This document shows positions 11,874-21,729 of a stretch of DNA of 64,000 bases, in pieces. The stretch is from the NCBI RefSeq assembly GCF_029227855.1, contig NZ_CP074356.1; one strand, given 5' to 3'. The notes under the pieces are model-generated. The model was not told the DNA's origin, searched no databases, and worked only from the letters and a program-made list of their open reading frames with translations. Source of the DNA: Escherichia coli (GTDB lineage: Bacteria; Pseudomonadota; Gammaproteobacteria; Enterobacterales; Enterobacteriaceae). Made by a program: the position numbers and the translations under genes. The first letter of the stretch is position 1; every line of letters starts with the position of its first letter.

Positions 11874-12692
11874 GTGAAACTGACAACACATCATCTACGG
11901 GCGGGGGCCGCATTATTGCTGGCAGGAATTCTGCTGGCAGGTTGCGACCAGAGTGGCAGCGATACAAAACACATTAAAGTTGGCGTTATAAATGGCGCAG
12001 AACAAGATGTCGCGGAAGTCGCTAAAAAGGTAGCAAAAGAGAAATATGGTCTCGATGTTGAACTGGTAGGATTTAGCGGTTCGTTGCTACCGAACGATGC
12101 GACAAATCATGGCGAACTTGATGCGAATGTCTTTCAGCATCGACCCTTTCTCGAACAAGATAATCAGGCGCATGGTTATAAACTGGTAGCGGTGGGAAAT
12201 ACGTTTGTCTTCCCCATGGCGGGTTATTCCAAAAAAATCAAAAGTGTGGCGCAAATAAAAGAAGGCGCGACAGTGGCGATCCCCAACGACCCGACCAACC
12301 TTGGTCGTGCGCTTTTACTGTTGCAAAAAGAGAAGCTAATTACTCTGAAAGAGGGAAAAGGGTTATTACCTACCGCGCTGGATATAACCGATAATCCTCG
12401 TCATTTGCAGATTATGGAACTCGAGGGGGCGCAGCTCCCGCGCGTACTGGATGATCCCAAAGTTGATGTAGCGATTATCAGCACCACTTACATTCAGCAG
12501 ACAGGGCTTTCTCCGGTGCACGACAGCGTATTTATTGAAGATAAGAATTCGCCGTATGTGAATATTTTGGTGGCACGGGAAGATAATAAGAATGCAGAAA
12601 ACGTGAAGGAATTTCTGCAATCTTATCAATCACCCGAAGTCGCTAAAGCGGCAGAAACCATTTTTAACGGTGGCGCGGTGCCTGGCTGGTAA
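11874..12692 (+). CDS. nlpA: Lipoprotein 28 (MetQ-like substrate-binding lipoprotein)
   Basis: 272-aa ORF with lipobox LLAGC and NlpA/MetQ-family body; GTG start. Confidence 0.9.
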   Translation: MKLTTHHLRAGAALLLAGILLAGCDQSGSDTKHIKVGVINGAEQDVAEVAKKVAKEKYGLDVELVGFSGSLLPNDATNHGELDANVFQHRPFLEQDNQAHGYKLVAVGNTFVFPMAGYSKKIKSVAQIKEGATVAIPNDPTNLGRALLLLQKEKLITLKEGKGLLPTALDITDNPRHLQIMELEGAQLPRVLDDPKVDVAIISTTYIQQTGLSPVHDSVFIEDKNSPYVNILVAREDNKNAENVKEFLQSYQSPEVAKAAETIFNGGAVPGW

Positions 12693-12695
12693 TTC

Positions 12696-13619
12696 TCACT
12701 CATGCCGCGCCGGACGATTTATTTTTCTGGCGCGGCGACGGGAATCCATTGAAATCAAAATCACCGATGACAGAATCAGCAGCGTTCCCAGCCAGTCCGG
12801 TAATGTGAACGTGATCCCCAGCAACAGCAAAGAGAGTAGCGCGCTACTTAATGGTTCTGCACAGCTCAAAATGCTGGCTTTTGGACCGCCAATTAATTGT
12901 GCTCCTTTCAGGTACAGACTAAATGTCAGGGACGTACCAATGACCACCAAATAAAAAAACGCCAGAATCAAACTGCCGTTAACGACAAAGTTTGTTCCTT
13001 GTCTGGCATAAAAAGGCAACAGAATCAGACCGCCAATCAGCATACTCCAGCCGACGACTGGTAACGTGCCATAGCGGGCAATTAGCGTTGAGGGATAGGT
13101 GGTATAGAATGCAGCAGCAAATGCCGAGGCAATGCCCCAGAACAACGCGGCAGGAGAGATCGATAATGACGTCGGATTACCGTGTGTCACCAATAAAAAA
13201 GTCCCGACCAGCGATGTCAAAATAGCGCAGAAAACCAGAATGCCCGGGCGCGATTTACGCACCAGTGAGAACCAGGCGACGATAATCGTCGGTGAGAGGA
13301 ATTGCAGCACCGTTGCCGTGGCTGCGTTCGATTTTTCGATGGTTAGCAAAAAAGTGAGCTGTACAGTTAGCGCGCCAACCACGGAAAAAATCAGCAGGCT
13401 AATGGCATCTTTATGATTGTTAATAATAGAAAAGATTTTATCGCCATGAACAAATGACAGCGTCAGTAGAATCAAACCGGCGAATATCAAACGCGTCATA
13501 GTCAAAAACTGCGACGACATCTGGCTTTGCTCCATGATGTATTGCGCGCAGACCCCTGAACTTCCCCACAACACGGCGGCAATCAGAACGTTCAGCATCC
13601 CCTTTCTGGTGGAACCCAT
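12696..13619 (-). CDS. yicL: EamA/DMT-family inner membrane transporter YicL
   Basis: 307-aa 10-TM protein with duplicated EamA-like halves. Confidence 0.87.
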   Translation of the reverse strand: MGSTRKGMLNVLIAAVLWGSSGVCAQYIMEQSQMSSQFLTMTRLIFAGLILLTLSFVHGDKIFSIINNHKDAISLLIFSVVGALTVQLTFLLTIEKSNAATATVLQFLSPTIIVAWFSLVRKSRPGILVFCAILTSLVGTFLLVTHGNPTSLSISPAALFWGIASAFAAAFYTTYPSTLIARYGTLPVVGWSMLIGGLILLPFYARQGTNFVVNGSLILAFFYLVVIGTSLTFSLYLKGAQLIGGPKASILSCAEPLSSALLSLLLLGITFTLPDWLGTLLILSSVILISMDSRRRARKINRPARHE

Positions 13620-13729
13620 TTTTCCCTCTGCATACTGTTTTGTCGTTTATGTATGCAGGCATGATAGCAAAAATGGCGAGGATGGCTCTGTTTGCGCCAC
13701 GCCGATTTTTCTTAGCCCAGACTGGTGAG

Positions 13730-14914
13730 CTAAATATCTTTAATAAACAGCAGGCAAATCATCGCAATACCCAACATCCCTATCGCCAGACAGAACAACG
13801 CATGGTAGCTCCAGATTTCAACCATAATTCCGTCAACAGAGCCGGCGATAATCCAGCCGACGCGTGAAGTATTTGCATATAACGTTGTCGCAGAGCCTAT
13901 TTTTTCAGGCATCAAGTCCTGAAAATAAAGCATGCCGATACCACAGAGAATACCAAGGAAGATGGCATTAAGAATTTGCAATTCCAGCTCAACCGCCGGA
14001 GTCGTCGCCATGAGTACGCTGGCGTAAAAACACATTCCACTCACGATAGCAATGAGCATTAATAGTCGCTTGCCAATACGTTTCATGTAATAGCCTGCGA
14101 TTAACATCATCGGAATTTCCAGACCGGCAGCGATACCAATCATTTCTCCAGCCAGTTTATCGGTTAGATGCAGTTCATCAATAATAAATAGCGGCATATT
14201 TATCATGTAGAGATTATTCGCCGCCCACATCATTGAACAGACCACAAAAAGTAGCCGCGTATCCCGCTTCCTGTGGGTGGAGGGTAAAATTTCTACGGGT
14301 TGGGTAACGACAGGAATATTTCTTTGTATTGATGGCAAAAACAACCAGACTATCAGTCCGCAAACAACAAATGCGATGGCTGCGGTGAGATACATCACTT
14401 TAAAACTAAATCCCATTGCCAGTTCATAAGCGAGCGGTGGCCCGATAACCCAGGCAAGCGAGATCTGAGCACGTAAAAATGTACTGAACATGACCGTCTC
14501 ACGGCCTGTTCTGTCGGCGTGTTCACGGGCGAGGGCGAACATTTGCGGGTTTGCGGTGGAAGCAAAACTACTCAGAAGTACGCCCGTTGAGAGGAGAATG
14601 AAGTAGTTGCGATTCCACGCAAAAAGCGTGCAGGCCAGCACTCCAAATAAGCAACATAGCAGAATCAGTAATTTACGGTCGCCTTGTTTATCGGAGTGCC
14701 TTGCCAGAAATTGACTGACCAGAATTCCCATAATAGCGCTACCGGTGAAGAAAAAACCTACCATTATAGGACGGGCTTTCAGTTCATCTGCGAGGAATAT
14801 ACTTAGGGTAGGAGTCTGAAGAGCGCCCGCAATACCCGTCAGAAAGGCGACAAGTAAAAATGCCGCGGCAGTGAGATCAAGTATTTTTGATGGAGTGGTA
14901 GCCGTTTTTTGCAT
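13730..14914 (-). CDS. setC: Sugar efflux transporter SetC (MFS)
   Basis: 394-aa MFS ORF recognised as SetC/YicK. Confidence 0.88.
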   Translation of the reverse strand: MQKTATTPSKILDLTAAAFLLVAFLTGIAGALQTPTLSIFLADELKARPIMVGFFFTGSAIMGILVSQFLARHSDKQGDRKLLILLCCLFGVLACTLFAWNRNYFILLSTGVLLSSFASTANPQMFALAREHADRTGRETVMFSTFLRAQISLAWVIGPPLAYELAMGFSFKVMYLTAAIAFVVCGLIVWLFLPSIQRNIPVVTQPVEILPSTHRKRDTRLLFVVCSMMWAANNLYMINMPLFIIDELHLTDKLAGEMIGIAAGLEIPMMLIAGYYMKRIGKRLLMLIAIVSGMCFYASVLMATTPAVELELQILNAIFLGILCGIGMLYFQDLMPEKIGSATTLYANTSRVGWIIAGSVDGIMVEIWSYHALFCLAIGMLGIAMICLLFIKDI

Positions 14915-15550
14915 TCTTCTGAATCACCGGGCGAAAAAATATAACTGAGTTACAAATAAGTACCAGTCGAATGAGTATTGTATTAAGAATTTTTGAGTAT
15001 CGCTGATACAACCAGAAAGCAATGCTAGCGCAATATTATAGGGCCAGCAATTGAGATTATTAGTAAAAGCATGTTAAGAATTAATTACCGAATTTATATA
15101 TTAATTATAGTAAGGCAATGAGCTATTTTTGATAGTAAAAATAAAACAAGTTGATTTGATATATTAAATGAACAAATTAATCTTGATGGCAGTCTGATTA
15201 TTGGTGAAGTTTATAGTCAGTTTTTTTCGCCAGCGGTTAAAGAAATAGAATAGTCGTATAAAAAAGGGTGTTCTGGGGCGAGTAAAACAACATCTTCACC
15301 TTAATGGCGATACAGTTGGCTGAGAGTCAGCAGGGGGGCAAATCACCTGCAAATAAACACGGCGCATACTGGCGTGAATATCGCGGATGCGTTCGAGGAC
15401 AGAAGAACCGACAGGCGGATTCTTCAGCCGCTCATCGTCCATCACAAAACCTTAGACCAGGTATTCCTGAAGCCGATTGAATATTGAGCAGTAGAAAATA
15501 TCTGGATTGACAGTATTACAAGGGGTTGGAGAACGTCAGGAGAGGCATTT

Positions 15551-15571
15551 TGGCGGAAGATCACAGGAGTC
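15551..15571 (+). repeat. attL: 21-bp direct repeat of the selC 3' end
   Basis: Exact copy of 27174..27194. Confidence 0.8.
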
Positions 15572-15715
15572 AAAATTGACATATAACAATTTGATTTAAA
15601 TCGTTTATATTTTTCTATTCTAATTCATTTATACACATCCTTATACATATAATATCTATCGATTAATTTTTACACGCATCTTCACGCACGTTAACTCAGG
15701 AAAAAAATTTTTTTT

Positions 15716-16012
15716 TCGGAAGAACTGTTCACACTGTTCACCTTTCTGTTTTCTCCTTTTATTTCAGTTGGATAGGTGGTGAATAATGGGTGAAGGGTGA
15801 ACATTCGATTCTTCACCTCCGGCATTCTGCCGGTGTGACTCATACCGGTGATTAATCCCCCGTGCTGAAATCACACCGGAAGAAAAAAGTTTTTTTTGAT
15901 TTGATTGTTCACACTGTTCACCTTTCATTTTTCTCTTTTAATTTCAGTGTGATAACGGGTGAATATACGGTGAAGGGTGAACAGTGGATTGTTCACCTTC
16001 GGGGAATTCAGG
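15716..16012. repeat. crr-like region: two ~110-bp direct repeats with TGTTCACC/GGTGAACA octamer iterons
   Basis: Block gttcacactgttcacctttc...ggtgaagggtgaaca occurs twice (about 15722 and 15903), immediately downstream of the alpha gene; P4 crr has two 120-bp repeats with alpha-binding type I iterons. Confidence 0.7.
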
Positions 16013-16047
16013 GATAAAAAAAGACCGGCAGATGCCGGTCACGTGGG

Positions 16048-18381
16048 TCAGGTTGTTGCAGGGTCGTCACATTTTGGCAGCCAGTCGCCGTAGCTTTCCT
16101 CTTTCAGCGTCAGGTTGGTCTGTATCCCCTGTTTGGTATGGCGCTTCTCGTAATTCAGTCCGTATTCCTTCAGCATCACCGGCAGCCCCAGCCCGAACAT
16201 TTTCAGACTGAGTACATTCCGGTAGCCGTTTGCCTCCATGTAGGCCAGATAGGCGTGATAGAGGTATTTACGGTAATTGCGCGGGATGATACTGGCGTTC
16301 CCCATATACATGCCGCTGGTCTGCGGCAGGGTTTCCAGATAGCCGATAAAATCAAACGTCGGGTCGGCATCCCGTTTGATGTTCAGCGCCTCGTCTGAGT
16401 TCTGCTGGGACTGAAGCAGTGACCGGGCGAGCATCGGGTCGCTGAACTTCTGCATCAGGTGACGCACGATGACCGCCAGCTCGCGGGTGATTTTGTCCTT
16501 AAGTTGCGGGTCGCGCTCCTGCGGGGCTATCTGTTCCGGGAAGTGAATAATCACCCGCCGGCGTGACACGCCGCCGCTGCGGTCGGTGAAGCGCATCGGG
16601 TTATTGTTCACGGCCAGAATCACCGCCGGGATATGCGTGGAGTACGCATCCCGGTATTTCGGGTCAACGGACACTGCATCGCCGCCGGTGATGGCCTTGA
16701 GTCCGGCTCCGTCGCCGCTCCATTTTTCCTGGTCCGGCAGGCGTATCAGTGAGAAGCCAGTTAACGCGGCACGTTCACGCGGGGATTCCAGCGTCTCAAT
16801 GGTGGCCGACGTGGCGTTATCCTCCCCGGCCAGCAGGGTGGCTATTTCGGCCATGATACTTTTGCCGCTGCCGCCGGGACCGGTCACCTCCAGAAAGAGC
16901 TGCCAGTCGTAGCGGTTTGCCAGCACCATAAACAGTGCGGCCAGAATCACGTCGCGTTTTTCCGCACGGCCACCGGCGGCACGGTCAAGCCAGCGCCAGA
17001 ACGCGGGGGCGTGGGTCTCCAGCGTTTCCCCTTCCACCGGCGGGGTGAAATCCACATCGCACAGGGTGCGCATCCAGTGTGACGGACTGTGCGGGTGGAA
17101 CGTGCCGTTCTGCGTGTCGAGCACGCCGTTACGAAAGCCAATCAGGCGGCGGGAGGGGGCTTCCTGCTGCGGAATAATCAGCTTCAGGGTGTCCACCACG
17201 GAGGCCACCTTCCCGGAGGAGAACGGCGCGCGCAGACGCTGAAACAGCCCGGCCACATCCCGGGCAAAGTCCTGTGGCGGCAGCACCTTCCAGACACCAT
17301 TTTCATAGCGGGACAGAAGCTGGCCGTTGGCATCGACCGCGAGCGCCTCGCCGTAATGCTCATAGATACGCATGGCCTTTTCGCTGGTACTCATGGCGGA
17401 AAACTCCGCTTCGCTCATGGTGTCGAACGGGCTTTCAGCCGGTGGCCGGATGGCATCATAAATGGCCTTACGGGTGGCTTCCCCGCCGTACTGCGTGAAG
17501 GCATCATTCCAGTCACCGAAGACCGGCGGCAGGGCAACAACACCTTCACACGCATCTGCGGCTGCGGCGGCTTTTTTCTGGCCGTCACCACTGAGGTCAC
17601 GGTCAGCGGCAAGGACAATCTGACAGGCGGGGTGCTTCTGCCGGGCAAGGCTGGCCAGAGAAAGGAGGTTCACGGAAGAAAGCGCCACCATCACCGTTTC
17701 ACCGGTCAGGTGATGTACGGTAAGTGCGGTCGCGTATCCCTCCGCTATCCACAGACGTTTTCCGGCCTGATTCTGTCCTTCAAGGGTGTGACAGGTGCCC
17801 CTGACCTGTCCGCCTTTCAGGGTGCGCTTACGGCCGTCAGCACTGATTAACTGAAGGTTAACCAGTTCGCCGCTGTCGTCATACAGTGGCACCACAAGGT
17901 CACCGGCGCGCCAGCTCACGCCACCGGCTCTGTGTGTGCCGGTCAGCATCCGGCATTCCCGGCCGGGAAAGCCCTTGCGGGTCAGGTAGGCGTTACCGGT
18001 TCCGGTACGGGTTTTCGCCATCAGGGTTTGTGCCAGTGCGGCGGCGTTCTTCCGGGCAGCGTCTGTTTCAGCACCGGCGGCGGCCGTCACTGCCGGGTCA
18101 GCCGGGGGCAGGCTGCCGGTCACGGCAGCCACCTTTGCGGCCGCGTCGGACGGGGAAACACCAAACACCTTTTCAACCAGTTTCAGGCCGTCACCGGCAC
18201 CACACTGATTGCAGTACCAGGTGCCGCGCCCCTCCCTGTCATCAAAACGGAAGCGGTCACTCCCGCCACAGACCGGACAGGGCTGATGACGGTTCTTCAG
18301 CACCTGAATCCCCAGCGCCGGGAGAATACGCGGCCAGTGGCCGAGCGCATGGCTGACGGTGGCGGTTACGTTCATTTTCAT
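16048..18381 (-). CDS. P4 alpha-like DNA primase/helicase
   Basis: 777-aa ORF; N-terminal zinc-finger primase motif CPVCGGSDRFRFDD...YCNQCG; Walker A GPGGSGKS in the C-terminal helicase part; same length as P4 alpha. Confidence 0.9.
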   Translation of the reverse strand: MKMNVTATVSHALGHWPRILPALGIQVLKNRHQPCPVCGGSDRFRFDDREGRGTWYCNQCGAGDGLKLVEKVFGVSPSDAAAKVAAVTGSLPPADPAVTAAAGAETDAARKNAAALAQTLMAKTRTGTGNAYLTRKGFPGRECRMLTGTHRAGGVSWRAGDLVVPLYDDSGELVNLQLISADGRKRTLKGGQVRGTCHTLEGQNQAGKRLWIAEGYATALTVHHLTGETVMVALSSVNLLSLASLARQKHPACQIVLAADRDLSGDGQKKAAAAADACEGVVALPPVFGDWNDAFTQYGGEATRKAIYDAIRPPAESPFDTMSEAEFSAMSTSEKAMRIYEHYGEALAVDANGQLLSRYENGVWKVLPPQDFARDVAGLFQRLRAPFSSGKVASVVDTLKLIIPQQEAPSRRLIGFRNGVLDTQNGTFHPHSPSHWMRTLCDVDFTPPVEGETLETHAPAFWRWLDRAAGGRAEKRDVILAALFMVLANRYDWQLFLEVTGPGGSGKSIMAEIATLLAGEDNATSATIETLESPRERAALTGFSLIRLPDQEKWSGDGAGLKAITGGDAVSVDPKYRDAYSTHIPAVILAVNNNPMRFTDRSGGVSRRRVIIHFPEQIAPQERDPQLKDKITRELAVIVRHLMQKFSDPMLARSLLQSQQNSDEALNIKRDADPTFDFIGYLETLPQTSGMYMGNASIIPRNYRKYLYHAYLAYMEANGYRNVLSLKMFGLGLPVMLKEYGLNYEKRHTKQGIQTNLTLKEESYGDWLPKCDDPATT

Positions 18382-18395
18382 GGTGTTGTTCTCCT

Positions 18396-18716
18396 TCAGT
18401 GCAGTACCGGCGCTTTTATGTGACGGGCACAGAGTTCATCCATCACAACCAGCCCGAGAAAGGACAGCGACGGCGCGGCCTTCAGGGGGCCGGATTCCAT
18501 TAAATCTTCCAGCAGGGCACAGGCTATCTGACGCCCTTTTTCCTCACCGTGCTGGCGCAGATAAAAGCCTTCCAGCTCAGCGGCGATGGCCGCCTCCAGT
18601 GATTCAAGGGTGAGATGCGGGTAGCGGTGCTGACGTTCGCACACGGTCAGCCAGGCACAGGCGACAGCGCGACGGTAAAGGGCAGCGCGTAAGACGGGCG
18701 GTAAGGGTGTTTTCAT
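18396..18716 (-). CDS. Hypothetical protein (P4-like left operon, 106 aa)
   Basis: ORF immediately upstream of and co-directional with alpha; no recognised motif. Confidence 0.5.
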
Positions 18717-18851
18717 TTGCTTTCCTCCCTGTGACAGATGACTGCATTCCGTGCCGGTTGCATTAACTGATAAGGCATATCTGCGTCTCCTGAAGACGTG
18801 CGTATCCCTGCGCGAATACGCACATTTAATTTTTCGGGTGTCGTTTTTTAA

Positions 18852-19307
18852 TTACAGATAATTGCGGTAACTGTTATCCGGGGTGATTTCCGGGTCAGGC
18901 TCCGTGCGGGGAATTTCCCGCCATTCCCGCGCCACCTGTGCCGCCCGGCTGACCGGAACAGGGTCCTGCGGGTAAATATCCAGATATTTCTCCCGCCATT
19001 TCTGTAATTCCGGGTCTCCGGCCATTTCTTTCAGTACCGCATGCCGGTTTACGGGGCTGCGTCTGAACAGGTCAGGACGGTCACAGGTAAATTCCCGCAG
19101 AAAACGCCCCAGCGGGATGTCTGTGGTGCGCCCGTCAGCGAGGATACGCACAAGGATACTGAATTTACGGCGGTACGGGTTCCAGACAATGTCCGGGCAG
19201 CGGTACGGCATTTCCCACGGAATACCGTCTTCCAGAATGCCGACCACGGCCACATCGGGAAAACCGGCAGAACGGTAAATCTCACCGGGCTGGGGAAAAT
19301 CAAACAT
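18852..19307 (-). CDS. Hypothetical protein (151 aa; same length as P4 orf151)
   Basis: Co-directional ORF in the left operon; protein-like composition. Confidence 0.55.
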   Translation of the reverse strand: MFDFPQPGEIYRSAGFPDVAVVGILEDGIPWEMPYRCPDIVWNPYRRKFSILVRILADGRTTDIPLGRFLREFTCDRPDLFRRSPVNRHAVLKEMAGDPELQKWREKYLDIYPQDPVPVSRAAQVAREWREIPRTEPDPEITPDNSYRNYL

Positions 19308-19872
19308 GCGTCCTGTCTCCCCGGTCTTTCTGCTGGGCGAGAAAATCGCGGCACAGGCCTTTGGCTTTCAGCTCATTCAGCACAAAATCAATATCTTCAT
19401 TCAGGTAACTGAAAATATGCGGAATGTAGAGCTGATGCAGGCCGGAGAGTTCACGGTGAATCAAATCACCCCCAACAAACTGGGATACGGCGCTGGCGCG
19501 GTTGAGCTTATGGTAAGCCTCAATGCTGAGGTGTTCACGGGCGTCATGACGTGCTGAGACGGTCTGAGGGGCTTTTTTATTACGCACGGGACACCTCCAC
19601 CACCGGCAGACGGGCAGCAAGGGAGAGCACATAGTCACGGACAAGGGAACGGCGGGCACTGCGTTCATCACCGGCCACGGTGCGAAGCATACAGATACGG
19701 GGATGACGGTCTGCGCGACGGACAGCCGCAAACACAAAGACAAATTCAGGGTGTGAGGGGGTAAGGGTTGTAGCCATGATGGCAGCCTCCTGTGAATAGC
19801 AAATAACGCTATCGCCGGAGTTCTCACGCTCGATGGCGATAGCCCAGACGGGGGTGAGAATACCGGCTTCAC
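19300..19872 (-). CDS. Hypothetical protein, start uncertain
   Basis: C-terminal ~85 aa look protein-like; the N-terminal part is P/S/L/R-rich and overlaps another frame; putative GTG start. Confidence 0.3.
19580..19777 (-). CDS. Hypothetical small protein (65 aa; C-terminal part of the 214-aa ORF)
   Basis: Internal ATG ([12 protein letters not shown]...) gives a compact ORF ending at the stop at 19580; the upstream part of the 214-aa ORF overlaps vis and is probably not coding. Confidence 0.25.
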
Positions 19873-20175
19873 AGGATACCGGCCAGCCCGGAGGCTGCCC
19901 CGCCTGAGCTACCATTGACTCTGCGGCATAATGAGCGGACGCGGGCAGGATGCACGGAATGCCATCTGCACGACTGACCACACACCACACCATAATCTGG
20001 CGCTCTGTGGCATTGATTGCGACACAAAAAAAGACGCGTGGCGCGTCATATGTCGCCTGTGAATTGCTCGGGTTCTCACGCCCGGCTGCCGATTTTGCGG
20101 CAGCGGAAAAACTATATCCGCAAATGCCGGAAAAAGGCAAGCCAGAAAAAGGGAGTTTTTGCAGAGCGGGCATCA

Positions 20176-20442
20176 TCATGCGTCGTACCCCCGTTTGCGT
20201 CCGGCAATGCGTCCGGCCATCCATGCGGTGACTTCAGAGTGCAGCCAGGCCACATTTTTACCGCCAAGACTCACCTGCGGCGGAAATTCCCCCTTACGGA
20301 TGAGTTCATAGATGGTCGAGCGTGACAGGCCGCACAGGTGCATCACTTCCGGCAGACGTAAAAAACGCTCCTGCGTGATGTCCGGCAGCGGCATCAGTGG
20401 CGTCACTGGGGCGGGAGACGGGGAAGAAAAAACAGATTGCAT
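20176..20442 (-). CDS. AlpA/Vis-family phage transcriptional regulator (88 aa)
   Basis: AlpA-type HTH signature FLRLPEV...[15 protein letters not shown]; same length as P4 Vis (orf88). Confidence 0.78.
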   Translation of the reverse strand: MQSVFSSPSPAPVTPLMPLPDITQERFLRLPEVMHLCGLSRSTIYELIRKGEFPPQVSLGGKNVAWLHSEVTAWMAGRIAGRKRGYDA

Positions 20443-20545
20443 CGGGCTACCTCGTTAATGTCCATACAGCACCGGATAAGTCCGTCCGGCTTCGGGTAGC
20501 GCTTTATTTTGTGAATATTTTCGGCAGACGCAACAGGGGGGGATT

Positions 20546-20563
20546 TGTTCCGGCAGTCTTACA
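20546..20563. promoter_or_regulatory. TGT-N12-ACA site (Ogr/Delta-type activator box), candidate leftward late promoter
   Basis: TGTtccggcagtcttACA ~110 bp upstream of the vis start; P2/P4 late promoters carry TGT-N12-ACA centred near -55. Confidence 0.4.
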
Positions 20564-20719
20564 ATGGCTGTGTATTTTTTGTACATCAGCGCCAGATAGC
20601 TTTAAAACGCTCTGGAAGGAGCTGGAAAAAATTATAGTGAAATACAAATTGTTTTTTCTTATTTATTTCAGTGAATTAATAAAAATAAAAAGTAATGAAC
20701 AGCACAAAAAGCCCATTAA

Positions 20720-20830
20720 CGGGTGAACAGTGGTGAACAGACGGTGAACAGTCATTACTGCGATTGTTCACCCTTTAACTTACTGTATTACTTATCTTTT
20801 TTCTTATGGTGAACAGAGGTGAACAGTAAA
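20720..20830. repeat. ori-like cluster of GGTGAACAG iterons
   Basis: Five direct copies and one inverted copy of GGTGAACA(G) within ~110 bp, ~4.8 kb from the crr-like repeats, as in P4. Confidence 0.65.
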
Positions 20831-20904
20831 ATATAAAAAAACAAACAGTAAGCCGGTTTTTCCTGCGACCTTTTCCTGGCTTGCCGGTCTGAGGATGAGT
20901 CTCC

Positions 20905-20922
20905 TGTGTCAGGGCTGGCACA
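20905..20922. promoter_or_regulatory. TGT-N12-ACA site, candidate Psid late promoter activator box
   Basis: TGTgtcagggctggcACA centred ~80 bp upstream of the sid ATG. Confidence 0.45.
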
Positions 20923-20994
20923 TCTGCAATGCGTCGTGTTGTTGTCCGGTGTACGTCACAATTTTCTTAACCTGAAGTGACGAGGAGCCGGAAA

Positions 20995-21729
20995 ATGTCT
21001 GACAACACCATCCCTGAATATCTGCAACCCGCGCTGGCACAACTGGAAAAGGCCAGAGCCGCCCATCTTGAGAACGCCCGCCTGATGGATGAGACCGTCA
21101 CGGCCATTGAACGGGCAGAGCAGGAAAAAAATGCGCTGGCGCAGGCCGACGGAAACGACGCTGACGACTGGCGCACGGCCTTTCGTGCAGCCGGTGGTGT
21201 CCTGAGCGACGAGCTGAAACAGCGCCACATTGAGCGCGTGGCACGCCGGGAGCTGGTACAGGAATATGACAATCTGGCCGTGGTGCTGAATTTTGAACGT
21301 GAACGCCTGAAAGGGGCGTGTGACAGCACGGCCACCGCCTACCGGAAGGCACATCATCACCTGCTGAGTCTGTATGCAGAGCATGAGCTGGAACACGCCC
21401 TGAATGAAACCTGTGAGGCGCTTGTCCGGGCAATGCATCTGAGCATTCTGGTACAGGAAAATCCGCTCGCCAACACCACCGGCCATCAGGGCTACGTCGC
21501 ACCGGAAAAGGCTGTCATGCAGCAGGTGAAATCATCGCTGGAACAGAAAATAAAACAGATGCAAATCAGCCTCACCGGCGAGCCGGTTCTCCGGCTGACC
21601 GGACTGTCAGCGGCAACACTCCCGCACATGAATTATGAGGTGGCAGGCACACCGGCACAGCGCAAGGTGTGGCAGGACAAAATAGACCAGCAGGAAGCAG
21701 AGCTTAAGGCCAGAGGGCTGCTGTCATGA
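20995..21729 (+). CDS. sid: P4 Sid-like capsid size determination (external scaffold) protein
   Basis: 244 aa from MSDNTIPEY; coiled-coil-rich; first gene of the sid-delta-psu arrangement. Confidence 0.78.
   Translation: MSDNTIPEYLQPALAQLEKARAAHLENARLMDETVTAIERAEQEKNALAQADGNDADDWRTAFRAAGGVLSDELKQRHIERVARRELVQEYDNLAVVLNFERERLKGACDSTATAYRKAHHHLLSLYAEHELEHALNETCEALVRAMHLSILVQENPLANTTGHQGYVAPEKAVMQQVKSSLEQKIKQMQISLTGEPVLRLTGLSAATLPHMNYEVAGTPAQRKVWQDKIDQQEAELKARGLLS

Noticed and set aside
15716-16012. Possible CRISPR array or IS terminal repeats at the island edge
   Set aside because: Only two long repeat units with internal octamer iterons, no regular repeat-spacer periodicity and no cas genes; the pattern matches a P4 crr-type replication element instead.
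17089-17850. 253-aa plus-strand ORF (and 16138..16398, 17886..18423) inside the alpha primase gene
   Set aside because: Antisense to the 777-aa alpha ORF, which has clear primase and helicase motifs; R/G/H-rich composition typical of GC-rich antisense frames.
19580-20224. 214-aa minus-strand ORF as a single gene
   Set aside because: Its N-terminal half overlaps the AlpA/Vis-like gene in another frame and has odd composition; only the C-terminal 65 aa were retained as a low-confidence CDS.
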